Shown: positions 21,060 through 33,666, counted from the first letter of the stretch. The stretch is 64,000 nucleotides of DNA from Nitrosopumilus sp. (GCA_965238275.1 OZ250186.1:1024001-1088000), one strand, 5' to 3'. Translations and numbers: made by a program. The notes: generated by a model not told the origin, from the letters alone.

Positions 21060-22226
21060 TTAGCTTCGAATCCACTGGGGCTCCAGACTCTTTCTTGAGA
21101 GTACGGCCATGACGGTAACTGCGATTCCTACCGCAAACAGCACCACGTACGGCATTCCGCCCCCGAACGACTGCGTCAGCGAGCCTCCGATAATCGGGCC
21201 CACTGCCCACCCTGCGCCAAACACGGCCTCGTACGCGCCGATCATTCTGCCTGACATTTTGTTCTGGGTCTTGGTCAGGATTATCTCCAGGGTAAGCGGG
21301 AATATCACGCTGAACCCGAACCCCATCAGGATGACGGCCAACACAAACCCGGCAAACGAGTCTGCAACAGCCGAGATGCCAAGCCCCGCTGCAAGCGTAA
21401 ACGCTGCAACAATCAGGGTCAGACTTGTCCTTCTTGCAACCTTTCCTGTCAGCCCCAGCGAGACTACGCGCGAGATCCCGAGGATAAAGAACAGCATCAG
21501 GATGTCCGTGTCTGTCATACCCTTGTCGTTGAGGAATGCCGGATAGATTGTAAGGACTATCCCCAAAGACGACGTGCAGAAGATCAGCATGACGATTATC
21601 TGCGGGAATCGTCTCATCTCCCTGATTGACACAAACGAGAACTTTTGGGTAATTTTTTTGGGATCCACTCTGGACTCCCTTTTTAATACCATGAGTGCTG
21701 CCACTATCGCCACCACCACAGACAGCCCTGTCATCTCAAAGAGCATCCTGTAAGTGACGTCTGCGTTCTCAAGCAAAAACGATCCGATCATGGGGCCTAT
21801 CATAAATCCCATCGCAAAGAACATCGTAAACCATGAGATGTTTCTCACCCTGTCCCTTCTGGAGCTGTGGTTGGATATGATGGACTCGCACGGCGGCCAG
21901 AAGAACGCGTGGGACACGCCTATCATGATCCTGAGTACTATCATCTCGGGAACCGTCTGCACGACTGAGAGAAGGTATATCGAGGTCATGCTGATTGCGG
22001 TCCCTGCCACCAGCAGGTACCCGCTGTTGAATCTGTCAAGCAGAATGCCTACAAAAAGAGGAATGAACATGTATGGAATGAAATTGGCCAGTCCGATGAT
22101 GCCGAGATCAGAGTATGATGCGCCGACCACGTTCTTGGCAAAGACCGGCAGAATCGGTCCGTGCAGTCCGTAGGATATCCCTATTACCATGCTGATAATG
22201 CCTACTAGTATGAGGATTCTGTTCAT
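21060..22226 (-). CDS. MFS transporter
   Basis: About 12 hydrophobic segments; G.LLDRF motif A. Confidence 0.9.
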   Translation of the reverse strand: MNRILILVGIISMVIGISYGLHGPILPVFAKNVVGASYSDLGIIGLANFIPYMFIPLFVGILLDRFNSGYLLVAGTAISMTSIYLLSVVQTVPEMIVLRIMIGVSHAFFWPPCESIISNHSSRRDRVRNISWFTMFFAMGFMIGPMIGSFLLENADVTYRMLFEMTGLSVVVAIVAALMVLKRESRVDPKKITQKFSFVSIREMRRFPQIIVMLIFCTSSLGIVLTIYPAFLNDKGMTDTDILMLFFILGISRVVSLGLTGKVARRTSLTLIVAAFTLAAGLGISAVADSFAGFVLAVILMGFGFSVIFPLTLEIILTKTQNKMSGRMIGAYEAVFGAGWAVGPIIGGSLTQSFGGGMPYVVLFAVGIAVTVMAVLSRKSLEPQWIRS

Positions 22227-22954
22227 TTGTACGCAGCAATTATCACTGCCCCGCCCATAAGATCCTTCTCAAACTCCACCCTTGAGAACTTTTCAAGCAG
22301 AAGACCCTCGAGTTTTCTGTTCTGGGGCCATCGCTTGAACGTGTCATACAGCGCGCCAAACTTCAGTCCGAGCCTGCCTCCTGCAATAAACGCCAGCACC
22401 GGAAGTATGAATCTCAGATAGAACGATACTCCCGCCCTGACAAATGCCCGGTCCGGCTTTCCCAGGTCCACTATGACCAGCCTGCCGCCATCCTTGAGTA
22501 CCCTGTGTATCTCTGATATTGCAGTTCTGAGCCTTATTGCATCCCTCAGCGAATACCCGCACAGCACCGCATCAAACTCCCCGTCCCTGAACGGCATGTG
22601 CTCAAAGACCCCGTTTGCCATATCCGGCGGCTCCTCAAAGAACGTGCCCGTATTTCTGAGCATGGGGACCAGCGGATCATAAAGCGTCACTGAGATCCGG
22701 CCGCCTGTAAGATCAACTGCAGTCTTTGACATGTTCCCAAAACCGGATCCGGCATCAAGAATTCTGTCTCCCGGATGCACCCTGTCTGAGATCCCCATGT
22801 TCCTGTGTTTGGCATCCCTCCCAAGGGATATGATCGAGTTTACCTTGTCATATACTGGGATGATCTCCTCTAGTACCTTGATGACTGTTCCCCATTGGCC
22901 TCCAAGTCCCAAACTATCTGCCATCAAACTCCCATCCGGACAGTTCAGATCCAA
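22223..22954 (-). CDS. UbiE/MenG-family methyltransferase
   Basis: YDKVN..ISLG, LDAGSGFG, PFRDGEFD, EIHRVLKDGG. Confidence 0.88.
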   Translation of the reverse strand: MDLNCPDGSLMADSLGLGGQWGTVIKVLEEIIPVYDKVNSIISLGRDAKHRNMGISDRVHPGDRILDAGSGFGNMSKTAVDLTGGRISVTLYDPLVPMLRNTGTFFEEPPDMANGVFEHMPFRDGEFDAVLCGYSLRDAIRLRTAISEIHRVLKDGGRLVIVDLGKPDRAFVRAGVSFYLRFILPVLAFIAGGRLGLKFGALYDTFKRWPQNRKLEGLLLEKFSRVEFEKDLMGGAVIIAAYK

Positions 22955-22959
22955 AACTC

Positions 22960-23682
22960 TTATGCGGCAAATCTTGATGCGTTTCCGGAATGATCCTGCA
23001 GATCCGACTCTGGGATCCTCTCAAACAGTCCCCCTTCCGATGTTATCTTTGCCATCTTGATGTGGCTGACATCGTCTTTCTGCTCTGACTTGAGGTTTAT
23101 TGCCGCAATGGCAAGGGACACTGCATCATCCATATTCATCTCCGGGCTGTAGAACTTTTCGAGAAATCCGTTGACGTCGTCAGAGCCTGCGCCTATTGCC
23201 ACTGCTGTATACTGGACATATGTTCCGCTTGGGTCAGTCACGTATATCGAGATGCCCTTTTGATCGACTCCTGCAATGATTAGTGATACCCCGTTTGGGC
23301 GGACTCCCGAGTACTGTGTAAACTGGTGAGACTGATCTGCCAGATGCTTGGCCACTGTGGCAACCTCGACTGATTCGTCATATGTCATCCTGGTTCCCTG
23401 CGAGAAGAACCTTGCATTGTCCACCTGTACGCGTGCATCCGGAATGTAGCCTGCAGCTGCCACCCCTATGTGGTGGTCCACCTGAAATATCTTTTGTGTG
23501 ACATCCCTTGTCTGAAGGGTTCTTGGCTTCTCCTCTACTGCTATTATCACTCCCTGGCTGGTGACTGCGCCGATGGCCAGGGTTCCCCTCTTTACAGTCT
23601 CAATGGCGTATTCCACCTGGTATATCCTGCCGTCCGGCGAATACATTGTAGGTGTCATGTCGTAACCTCGTGATGCCATCAT
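22960..23682 (-). CDS. psmA: Proteasome subunit alpha
   Basis: YD...TMYSPDGRIYQVEYA, RPNGVSLIIAG, DPSG. Confidence 0.96.
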   Translation of the reverse strand: MMASRGYDMTPTMYSPDGRIYQVEYAIETVKRGTLAIGAVTSQGVIIAVEEKPRTLQTRDVTQKIFQVDHHIGVAAAGYIPDARVQVDNARFFSQGTRMTYDESVEVATVAKHLADQSHQFTQYSGVRPNGVSLIIAGVDQKGISIYVTDPSGTYVQYTAVAIGAGSDDVNGFLEKFYSPEMNMDDAVSLAIAAINLKSEQKDDVSHIKMAKITSEGGLFERIPESDLQDHSGNASRFAA

Positions 23683-24511
23683 GTCATAAAATCTCCGTTC
23701 TAAGTTAATTTAAGGGTAAGTATACAGCATGTTCCTGTTTTCGTGTCGGGACGGTGCCCCGTTCTGATACACCCTCCCTGATTCATGCCGATCTTGCAGA
23801 ATCGGTGCCTGACAGAATTCTGTCCGATGTGGATGGCATCATTTCATGTTCTGCCCATCGGGGCACCAAATATGGGCGCAATATGGAAATAGAGTTTTTC
23901 AAAGCAGTTTTGGCGAATATTTTTTTAAAATTTGTGGAATAATCTGGTGTTATCGGGGTCATTGGATGGTCTTGCGCCTGGCATCTTTTAAACAGTATGG
24001 GGGAATGGTAAAGTTGTTGGCACGTCCCCGGCCCGGGTACGGACTGCTTCCATCAGAGAAGGTGATCAAGTCATACTACGGGGTGATGGATGAGAAAATG
24101 GCCAAACATCCGGCACCCGAAGCAGCCAGGATGATCCACGTGTGTGGTGCGGCAAGTTCTTCCGGGCCTGTGCCAAAAGTTCGTGCAGGCAGTGCATGGA
24201 AGATCATGCGGGATGGCCTGCTCGGAATCAGACTCGTTCGGATCCCGCTTCATGGAGGATATGCAAACCTGAAAAAGTTTGGCTGCTGACCGTGATGGCA
24301 GTCTAGGGGCGGCAGCAGCAGCGCCGATTGCAGGATGCCGGCATGGTTGCAAAACAAGTCTCCCCCGCCTGCGAATCCACAGGCAGCATGCGTGCCAAAC
24401 CCTTTCGGACCAGACACGTCAACGACATACAAAATAAAGGCCGTTTCTCCATATTGTCAATGGACAAGGCAAACGGACGTCTTTTGTCATCATTGTGTAG
24501 GGACCTGCTGC

Positions 24512-25688
24512 ATGGCTAGGCAGCCTGACGGACCGGAACCGGCAAAACCTACGAAGGACGGGCCTGCCAAAAAAGACCGTTCCGAATACAACAAGCAGTA
24601 CAGCGAGAAGAATGCAGAGAAGATTGCCATGCGGTCGAAGGCGTGGCGGGAAGCAAACCCGGAGAAGATTGCAGCGTGGCGGGAGTGCGCGCGCGAGCAA
24701 ACCCGGAGAAGATTGCAGCGTACCGCAAGTCAAACAACGAGAAGAGTGCGGCCAGGCAGAAGAAATGGCGGGAAGCAAACCCCGAGAAGGTTGCGGCGTA
24801 CCGCAAGTCAAACAACGAGAAGAGTGCGGCCAGGCAGAAGAAATGGCGGGAAGCAAACCCCGAGAAGGTTGCGGCACTGCGGGAGGCGAACAAGAAAGGG
24901 ATGCCGCGCAGCAGAAGAAATACCGCGAGACGCACAGGGCAGAGAGTGCCGCGCGGCAGAAAAAATGGCGGGAGGCAAACCCGGAGAAGAACGCCGCGTA
25001 CGTGAAGGCGTCACAGGAGAAGAAGAAGGCAAGGGATGCCGCGATGAACAAGGGAAAAGAGCGCCAGAATGGCCGCCACCCGCCGGTTGCACGAAAGAGC
25101 GCGGGGAGCAAAGGAACCAAGGGCCGAACAAAAAAGGCCACGACTACTACTCCCGGGAAGGAAAAGTTCTCGGCGCAAGCGTACTATAAAACGTACTACC
25201 AGAAAAACAAGGAGAAGATTACCGCGCAGCAAAGGGAGTATAATTCCAAGAACAAGGAGAAGATTGCAGCGTCCCAGAAGAAGAGGCGGGCTGAGAATCC
25301 GGAGAAGGACGCGGATAAACAGAGGGCGTACTACCTGAAAAACAAGGAAAAAATAGCCGCAAGGCGCAGGGAGAACAAGAATCCGACGGTGTGGCGGGCA
25401 TACTACGAGAAGAACAGGGAGAGGATTGCCGCATACAGCAGGGAGTGGCATAAGAAGAACAAGGAGACGCGGGCGGCACAGATGAAGGAATACCGCGAGA
25501 AGAACAGGGAAAAACTGGCCGCACAACAAAAGGAGTACCGCGAGAAGAACAGGGAAAAACTGACCGCACAACAAAAGGAGTACCGCGAGAAGAACAGGGA
25601 GACGATTACGGCAAAGCGCAAGGAACGGCGCGAGAAGGACAAGGCTGCTGCTGCTGCTGCTGCTGCTGCCGCCGCCGCCGGGACGTAG
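24512..25688 (+). CDS. Highly basic Lys/Arg repeat protein, two apparent frameshifts (approx. 24690 and 24895)
   Basis: Repeats KKWREANPEK, YYQKNKEKI, KEYREKNREK continue across three frames; poly-Ala tail. Confidence 0.6.
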
Positions 25689-25784
25689 ATGTCTTGGAAT
25701 GCAGGCCCGGCACCCTGCGGGGCAAAACATGAACCCTTCGTTCACATCTTTTAAATACTGTTTTTCCGAACGAAATTTAATTAC

Positions 25785-28700
25785 ATGAACAACATCAAAT
25801 TTACCGCTTTTAGCGGTACAAAAAATAATAAATTTACAGAAAGAAACACAAACACAATAAAGAACAACAACTTACGAAAACTTACAAGCATAGCACTGAT
25901 GACGATAATGGTGGCAGGCGGACTCACGTTTGCCATACCCGGCATGGAGCCGGCACAGGCACAGAACCCGCACCTGAAGGTTTCAGCTGAGGGACAAGCA
26001 GACAACGTGATTGGCATAACCAACATCGTTGAGGTCGTGGTAATCGACGACTTCAACAGCGACGCAGGCGATGCTCCGCCAGAAGTAACTGTGGACGGCA
26101 GTGATCTTATCATGAGCCGTGCAGGTGAAACTGGCGGCGCATGGTACGGATACTTTGCAGACGTCGACATCACAGATACAGGCTTAACTGGTACCTGTGT
26201 AGACATTGATACTGACGGTAGCGGCACATGTCCCACTGAAAATCTTGTTTCAAGCACACATGGTGCAGCCGCTGTCTACACCTATGATTTGGACGGCGAC
26301 TTTGACATCATCTATCAGAGGCCCGGAGGCGACCAGACAGTAACACTTACTGCCGACGACCCCTCCTCAGACGCAGGCCTTGACAGGAACTCATATCCGC
26401 AGAACACCGAAGTAGAGATATCGATTGACGATCTTGCACTGAACGTTGACCCGACAAGCGTGGACTCGTGGACATTCACTACTGCTGAGGATGGTACACA
26501 AACCATCACCCGTAATGTAGGTGATACACCACAGACAGCTACTGACGGCGTTGAGGCGTTTTCCATAGATACGCACAACCAGGGAAGCAACCCACTGATA
26601 ACCGGTGGTAATGTGGATGAGGTAACATTTGAGGAGGACGGCAGAAACACGTCGGTATTCCTCAACAATGATTTCCGAACTACTGACGAGGCACCAAGGG
26701 GACTGTCATTTTCAGTCACATACGACAGCACCGCTACAAGTTCCGTTGGATTCAGCACGGCCAACATCGTAATAGACGCAGGAGACCAATGGAGTTCCGG
26801 CGAAGAGATCGGCATTACGCTGACTGACGGCGACGCCAACACCAGCACGCTGGATGCCAACGATCTTGACGTTTCAGATCCGAACCACATCATTCCGACC
26901 ATAGCCGTTGGAGAGCCACACACGCTTGCCAATGGTATAAGCGCGGCTATAAGCCAAACCGGTTTGGACGATGCTGATGATACTGCCTTGACTGATGGGC
27001 ACTTTAGCATGACTTCCACTGATGATGGGAGCAGCCAAAGGGTCGTAGTCAACAGTAACGTGACAGCAACATACGCCACTGACGACACAATAACCCTTGA
27101 TTTGACGTATACGTCCATACATTCCGACGACTACAACCGACTCGTGTGATCTTGGCTTCATGATGGTAAACTATGATCTTAGCGCATTCGATGGTATAGC
27201 CACCCTTGCAATTGGCTATGATGATGGTAATGCTGACACTGATGATGCCGCTGATGCTATAAATATTAGTGATAACGCTGATCTTGTTGATACTTATGTT
27301 GTTACTGCCGACAAACCGCTACCTGATACATTAAGGCTTACATTCATAACTGGCGACGATCTGGCCGGAGACGCAATAGCATTCGACATCTTCTCATTCG
27401 GTCTTACAGGCGACGACATGGGCGAGGATCCTGCCAACAGGGTCAACAACGCCATCTACAGGCTCGAACTCGAAGAGGACGGAGACAACAGCAGTGACTT
27501 TACAGGCACTCTGGAGTACATCGGACTCAACCAGGTCAACGTGCTGGAGCAATCCACGTACGAGGGCATTGACGCGTTCGGCGACTCCAATCATACTGAT
27601 CTCCGACGACGGCTCCGTCTCGGTGGACTATGACGACTTGGACTCAACCGGCGGAACCACGCTGTTTACGGCCGAGGCCGACACCCCGACACACTCTGGC
27701 GTGGTGTCCCTTGGCTCTGACGGCTACGGGGTAGCCGACACGGTAGAAATCACGGTAGAGGACGCAGACCTGAACGCTGACAGCGGAAAGGCCGACGTCT
27801 ATACGGTGGTCTCTGGCATGATCGAAATAGAACCGGCTGTAGTAGCAGATGACACTGCTGACCCACCTGTTGTGGCAAAGGATGCCGTGACAGAAACGTC
27901 AAACCTCAACGACAGGGTCGGCAGCGACCTACTGCTCGTACACCAAAACTCCAACGACGACAACCAGTTCGGCGAACAACTGCTCAGGGTATCCTTTGAC
28001 GGCGACCTCTGGACCAACCAGTGTATCGACCCAAGATTCTCTGACGCCACCAGCACCTATGGACTTGCAGACACCCAGTTCACGCTCCAGGAGACCGGAG
28101 CGGCCACCGGCGTGTTTGTCGGCACCTTCGCGGTTCCGGCAGAGCACTGTGCAAGATCAGGCAACGCTGAATCCGTCACTGGCAAGGACATCTCAGTAGA
28201 GTACATTGACTTCAGGGACGACTCCGGCTCAATCATATCGGTAAGCGCGTCTGCGGGCATACGATCCAACACCGGATCCGTAAGCCTTGACAGGACCGTC
28301 TACCCGGTACCGTTTGGCGGCGAGGGCACCACTGTCAACAACAACTCCGTATTTGAGACGCATTCAGATACGCCCCTTGGAAAGGGCGACTTGACTGTAT
28401 ATGTCAGCATCACCGATCCTGACTTTGACCAGTCATCCAACGGCATAGACCGCATCGAGATGGATGAAGGCACGGCCGCACCACTGCGCGTCGAAGTAAT
28501 TCGAGGCTCTCAGACGCACCCATTGGAGGTGGCAGGACATGATGGCGTGCCAATCCTAGAGACTGCTCCTGACTCGGGCGTATTCGAGCACGAGGTGAGC
28601 ATCTCATTCGACCAGGGCCCGTCTGATAACAACTGCCCGTCACCAGTACCGACTGACGACGTACCAGACCCCAGACCGATTGCTGAACAAAATGCACAGA

Positions 28701-30421
28701 TTCAAGAAGAGAACGCATTCACCTTGGCCGAACATTTCCAGAATCTTGCAGCAGTTCGAGAACATAACGCCGACCCAAACAACGCAAATGACCAGCAAGT
28801 TGAACCAGACAAGCCTGAACTCCGAAAGGAGGTTTCACTGACAACTCAGGGCTGTATCCTACAGGGAGACATTCTCCACGTGATATACAACGACCCGTCT
28901 GACGCATCCGGCAGTTCAAACACGGTAACTGACTCTGCAACATTCGACCTGAGAAACGGCGTACTCCAAGTTGACAAGCCGGGCACAACCGGCTACGTCA
29001 TCGGAACCGACATGATAGTGACGCTCATCGAGCAAGACCTCAACCTTGACAGCGCCGCCACAGAGACATACACCCTTGACCTGATAGAATGGGACTCTTC
29101 TGGAGGCACGGAACCGCTTAGCAACAGCGTGTTCGGCGCGACGCCATCCAACCTGCTTGAAACCGGTACCGATACCGGAATCTTCCAGGTCGTGATTAGC
29201 GTTCCACCTGAGATAGACGACCCCCTCGAAAGAGGTGAGGAGATCACCCTGACGTACAACGACTGGGGACCATCTGGCTCTGACCATGTCGGAGACAAGG
29301 ACGAGGAGATAACTGAGACTGCATACACATCCAACTTTGGCGCGTCAATCGAGCTGGACCAGAAGGTCTATACTTGGACTGACAAGGTCTACATAACCAT
29401 AGTCGCACCAGACCACAACTTCGATGCAGACCAGGTTGACGAGATAGGCGGCGACAATACGAACTACCCAATCAACATAAAGACGCAAGAAGCCGATATT
29501 GAGGGATACAAACTTGTCGAGACGGGTGCCGATACCGGCATCTTTAGCGGCGAGTTAATCCTGATTGGAGTTGCAAACGATGACCTTGACAAGGATCTTG
29601 AAGAATCTGGAGGAGCCGGACCAACTGACGGCCGCCTAGCGGCTGAGGACAGCGACGGGCTTGCAATAATCTTTGAGAACTCTGACGGCGACATAGTACG
29701 CGCCTCTGCAATAATCCAGTGGAACGTAGGCGAAGTCGAGTGGCTCGAGGCAAGTTATCCTGCACTCGGATCAGGAATAGTGAGGGTCATTGATCCTGAC
29801 ATGAACCTGAACCCGGAGGCAGTCGACAACTTTGATGTCAATGTCTGGTCAGACTCTGACGTAGGCGGAATCAGCCTTACCGTTACTGAGACCAACGCTG
29901 CAACCGGCATCTTTGAAGGCACAGTCTTCTTTGATGACGATTCCATCAGCAGCGGTCACAGGCTCAACGTGGAAGAAGGAGATACCGTAGTAGCAGAGTA
30001 CGACGACGTAACCTCACCGATAGAAGACGAGACCTCGGTTTCGGCAACCACTCTGATCGGCACGATAGTGCCGCCACTGGAGAGGGCGCCAATCAACAAC
30101 CTGAGGGCAGTCGACACGTTTGACAACAGCATCGGCGTAGCATCCGTTGGCCAACAAGTGGTCATATCTGCCGACCTGTCAAACGGCCAGGACAGGGATC
30201 AGAAGTTTATCTTCCTGATACAGGTCCAGGATGAAAACGGCGTCACAGTCTCGCTCAACTGGGTACTGGGAACGCTGGCCGCAGGCCAGTCATTCAGTCC
30301 GGGAGCATCATGGAACCCGACAGAGGCAGGCACGTATGACGTGACTGCGTTCGTTTGGGAATCCATCGACAACCCGACAGCACTCTCACCAACCGCAACG
30401 ATAGCATTAACTGTAAATTAG
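25785..30421 (+). pseudogene. S-layer protein paralog A (Nitrosopumilus type), two +1 frameshifts near 27145 and 27588
   Basis: RKLTSIALMTIMVAGGLTFAIPG signal peptide; ETG.DTGIF.G repeats; FVWESIDNPTALS C-terminus; three ORFs colinear with paralog B. Confidence 0.88.
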
Positions 30422-30435
30422 AAAACACACACCCC

Positions 30436-30453
30436 TTTTCTTTTTTTTATTTT
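30436..30453 (+). terminator. Poly-T terminator after S-layer A (mirror copy after B near 33637-33651)
   Basis: TTTTCTTTTTTTTATTTT just after the stop. Confidence 0.65.
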
Positions 30454-30476
30454 GAATACGGCCTAACGTGGGTTAT

Positions 30477-30522
30477 GCATGCGTGCCTGCATGCGTGCCT
30501 GCATGCGTGCCTGCATGCGTGC
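30477..30522. repeat. 12-bp tandem repeat (GCATGCGTGCCT)n; degenerate inverted copy near 33568-33613
   Basis: Directly visible. Confidence 0.85.
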
Positions 30523-30542
30523 AATGATCCATTACTTGCGTG

Positions 30543-31523
30543 ATTGTAAAGACCATAAAGTACGTGACAGTCAGGCACTGGTGCAGGGACTGCAAGAAAC
30601 AGGTCTCTGCCAAGCCGCCCGAAACTGCTCCGCACGCCCGCTACGGCGCCAACGTCGGCGCCGTGCTCAACTTTTTAAACATGTCCGGGCTGTCCCACGC
30701 AAGATCCGTCGAATTCGCAGGCGACGCGCTTGGCACGCCCGTGTCCTGCTCGTCTGCATACAGGAACAAGATAAGCAGGGCCAGACAGATGGCCCCGGAA
30801 CGCGACGCCGTGAGGGAAGAGATCCTAAAGGAGCCGCACCTGGGGGCCGACGAGTTCCACTGGCCACTGGAAGGTGGCAGGCGCGGCTACGGCGTGGTCG
30901 CACTCGGCAAGAGATCGTGCCTGGTGGAAATAGTAGACTCCCGCAAGATAAAGACCATCAAGGGCGTGCTGCCAGGCTACGGGGGAACCCTCACGCAGGA
31001 CTCGTACCCGGCGTGGCTCCATGTCGGGTCGGCCCGCCAAATGTGCGTGGTCCACCAGGAGCGCCTGGTGCAGAAGGATCTGGAGTGGAACCCAGGCGGG
31101 GACGTGGCCGAATTCTTGGCCGGGCTGTCTGCCGTGCACAAAAAGATCTACCGCGCTTGGCGCGTCAAGGACCCGCATTCCAGGGAAGTGGCAGCTGACT
31201 GCATAGACTCGGAACTAACGGGGCTGTTTGCCGCCCCGTACAAAGACGACAAGTACGGCACCATCGCCAAATACCGCAAGCGGCGCTACCGCGAGGGGTA
31301 CTACATGACAACCTGCCTGCGGATCCCGGGCATCAGTCCGGACAACAACGCGGTGGAGAGGGCCAACCGAAGGTTTGTCTCGGTGAGGAATGACGGCGGG
31401 GGCAACCGGTCCCGGAAGGGCATGGACGCAAATTCCGTGCTGTTCACCTTGCTGGCCACTGACCGCGTCCGGGGGGAAAAGTTCTTCGACCACCTGGTGC
31501 GTTCCGCGTCCGGCGACGGCTGA
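30543..31523 (+). pseudogene. 5'-truncated IS66-like transposase
   Basis: ADEFHW, QDSY, QMCVVH, DNNAVERANR; lacks the N-terminus and left TIR. Confidence 0.85.
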
Positions 31524-31544
31524 CAACGGAGCCTGCGTCACCAT

Positions 31545-32945
31545 TTATCCGGCACGATCCGCGCTCTCGGATGGGGAGACTGCGCGAGTATAGGCGCGCA
31601 AAGCCAGCGGAACTTCAAAAAGCGAATCACTTACCTTTTTTCCATATACTTTCCAGTCACCCACAATGGGTGCATTCTCAAAAGTCAGCGTGCGTGTTAT
31701 GTCTCCCCTGCACACAAAATTACATATGGGATGTTGCTGTCCGTCAGGAGATTCAAGATAATAATATGCATATCTGCTACTGGTTGATGGATTTAGTGAC
31801 ATTTTAACAACGACTGTTGTGGCTACCGTGGTGGTTTTTTGCAAATCAATTTCCTCCTCAAACAATCCCGTGCCGGTAAAATGCACGTCGTGGTCGCTCG
31901 TATTCAAGGTAATATTGCCATTGACTTCGAGTGGTAAATCTATCTGCGAGCTCGTGCCTGCATGCGGTCCAAACAGATAATGACGCGTAAATGACTTTGT
32001 ATTGTTTACCTCAACCATGCTGACATGGTGGTAGCCGTCATTTTTGAGGCCACAATGTACTGTTGGCAATTCTGTCATTGTGACCTGTCTAAATGCAGGA
32101 TCACCAGGCCATTGGTTGTGGTGGCCATATTGTGTCGTATAACCCAACTCGATGCCCTTTGCCACATTTGCCAACACCGTTCCTCCGGAATTCGTCGCCC
32201 GTTCAATAACCGCGTTACAATCCTTGGCATAGAAATCAGTAGACAGTGTTGCCGGATAGGACGGATATGCACTGTAATGACACCTGTATCCATTTGTGTA
32301 GCCATCATATCTGCCTGGCACGCATTCAATATAGTCAGTTTGTGCATAGGTAGACCACAGGTGGCTACTACTGACACGGAGTTCATTTATGACCTCGCTA
32401 GTATAATTGAGAGAACTTACCACGTCATGAATTTCAGGCGCGAACCCGTCGTCGACAATGGTATGCTGCGTGAGATCATTCGGGCTGGATACAATACTGA
32501 CTGTCGTGCCAGGCGATGCCCAACCAGTGATGTTGATTGGCTGACGCGTGGGTTGGTAGTCCTGCAGTCTGGCAACAGCCGTGTTTGGCCCGCCAATGGT
32601 TGAATCGCCTGTCAGTTCCAGCCACCCACCCATGTCGTCTCAGGAAGAATACGTGCTTTCAATGATATCGTTGCTGCCTGTCAGACGATCTTCTCCCTGT
32701 AATCTGTATTCACCGGAAAATGTCGGCAGCGGGATTGTGACGGGGCGGTCGTCTTGTTCCACCATCCCGGCAAAACCAAGCGTGCCCTCACGCATGTATG
32801 GGCGTTCGGCACCATGCCCGGCATGTGTCGAATTTCCCCACAACATCATCGCGCCCGGGGTATCATGTATGACAATTTGCGGCAGGTAGCCGAACCCGAC
32901 GCCAGCTCCGGTCTTTGTTGTGCCAGACACGGCGGCAAGCGGCAT
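31545..32945 (-). pseudogene. Fragment of large secreted protein, paralogous to 53261-56974; in-frame TGA at 32640-32642
   Basis: IVIHDTPG..LWGNST..PY..G...FA.. aligns with IVTKNAEG..VYGNGT..PY..G.FEFA; P-domain-like LESPDG...GDWKV. Confidence 0.55.
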
Positions 32946-33531
32946 ACTTGAGATCTGGTTACATGAGACAATGAGGAGCGCGCCCGTCCTGATACCCGGA
33001 TTCGGTGTACTCTGGGGCGTGCTTTCAGGCATCGGACACGCCCACGCGTCGTTCTTCATGATAGAACACAGCATGGTCACGTTATCGGCCGAACACATGT
33101 TGGTATTGCTTCCGTTCCTTTCATTGTACATGCTGGCCCAGGGCATCATGATGAGGCGCGGGGTGCTGTTCATGCTGGAATTGGTACGCCGTGATGGTGC
33201 AGCAGAACAATACCACGAGTCTGCAATGATGGCATCTGCGTGGGGCGAGCAGGAAGCAAGCCGTGGTTCGTCAGGCCTGGTAAGCCGGCTGTCACCCATG
33301 GCAAAGCCGTTTTTGCGTGATGTGGGAATCTTCTTCGCGCTGCTGTTTGCGTCCGCGACGCTGACGTTTGTAGTATGGGGGGATACTCCGTCAAGCACCA
33401 CGCTCCAGGCCTTCTGGATGTACGACGGCATGTTCGGCTACCTGCTGGCTTTGCCTGGCAGTATAGACGTGCTTGCGCCGCTAAACGAGTTCGATTCAGT
33501 GATGGACACCGTATGGGAATCCCTTACTTGA
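32920..33531 (+). CDS. Membrane protein fragment, possibly pilus platform (T2SS-F/TadC-like)
   Basis: Several TM segments; GIMMRRGV...EASRG pattern; weak. Confidence 0.35.
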   Translation: MPDTAASGILEIWLHETMRSAPVLIPGFGVLWGVLSGIGHAHASFFMIEHSMVTLSAEHMLVLLPFLSLYMLAQGIMMRRGVLFMLELVRRDGAAEQYHESAMMASAWGEQEASRGSSGLVSRLSPMAKPFLRDVGIFFALLFASATLTFVVWGDTPSSTTLQAFWMYDGMFGYLLALPGSIDVLAPLNEFDSVMDTVWESLT

Positions 33532-33666
33532 TCTCCGGTAAAATGACACCACGCAAGTAATGGATCATTGCAGGCATGCATGCATGCACGCGTGCAGGCA
33601 CGCATGCGTGCATAACCCACGTTAGGTGTTATCTAAAATAAAAAAAAGAAAAGGGGTGTGTGTTTT

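Noticed and set aside
23794-23813. Sequence resembling the 47863 IS5 TIR
   Set aside because: Short, imperfect and unpaired; cannot support an element.
32640-32642. In-frame TGA as selenocysteine or readthrough
   Set aside because: The gene is truncated at both ends, so a nonsense mutation is simpler.
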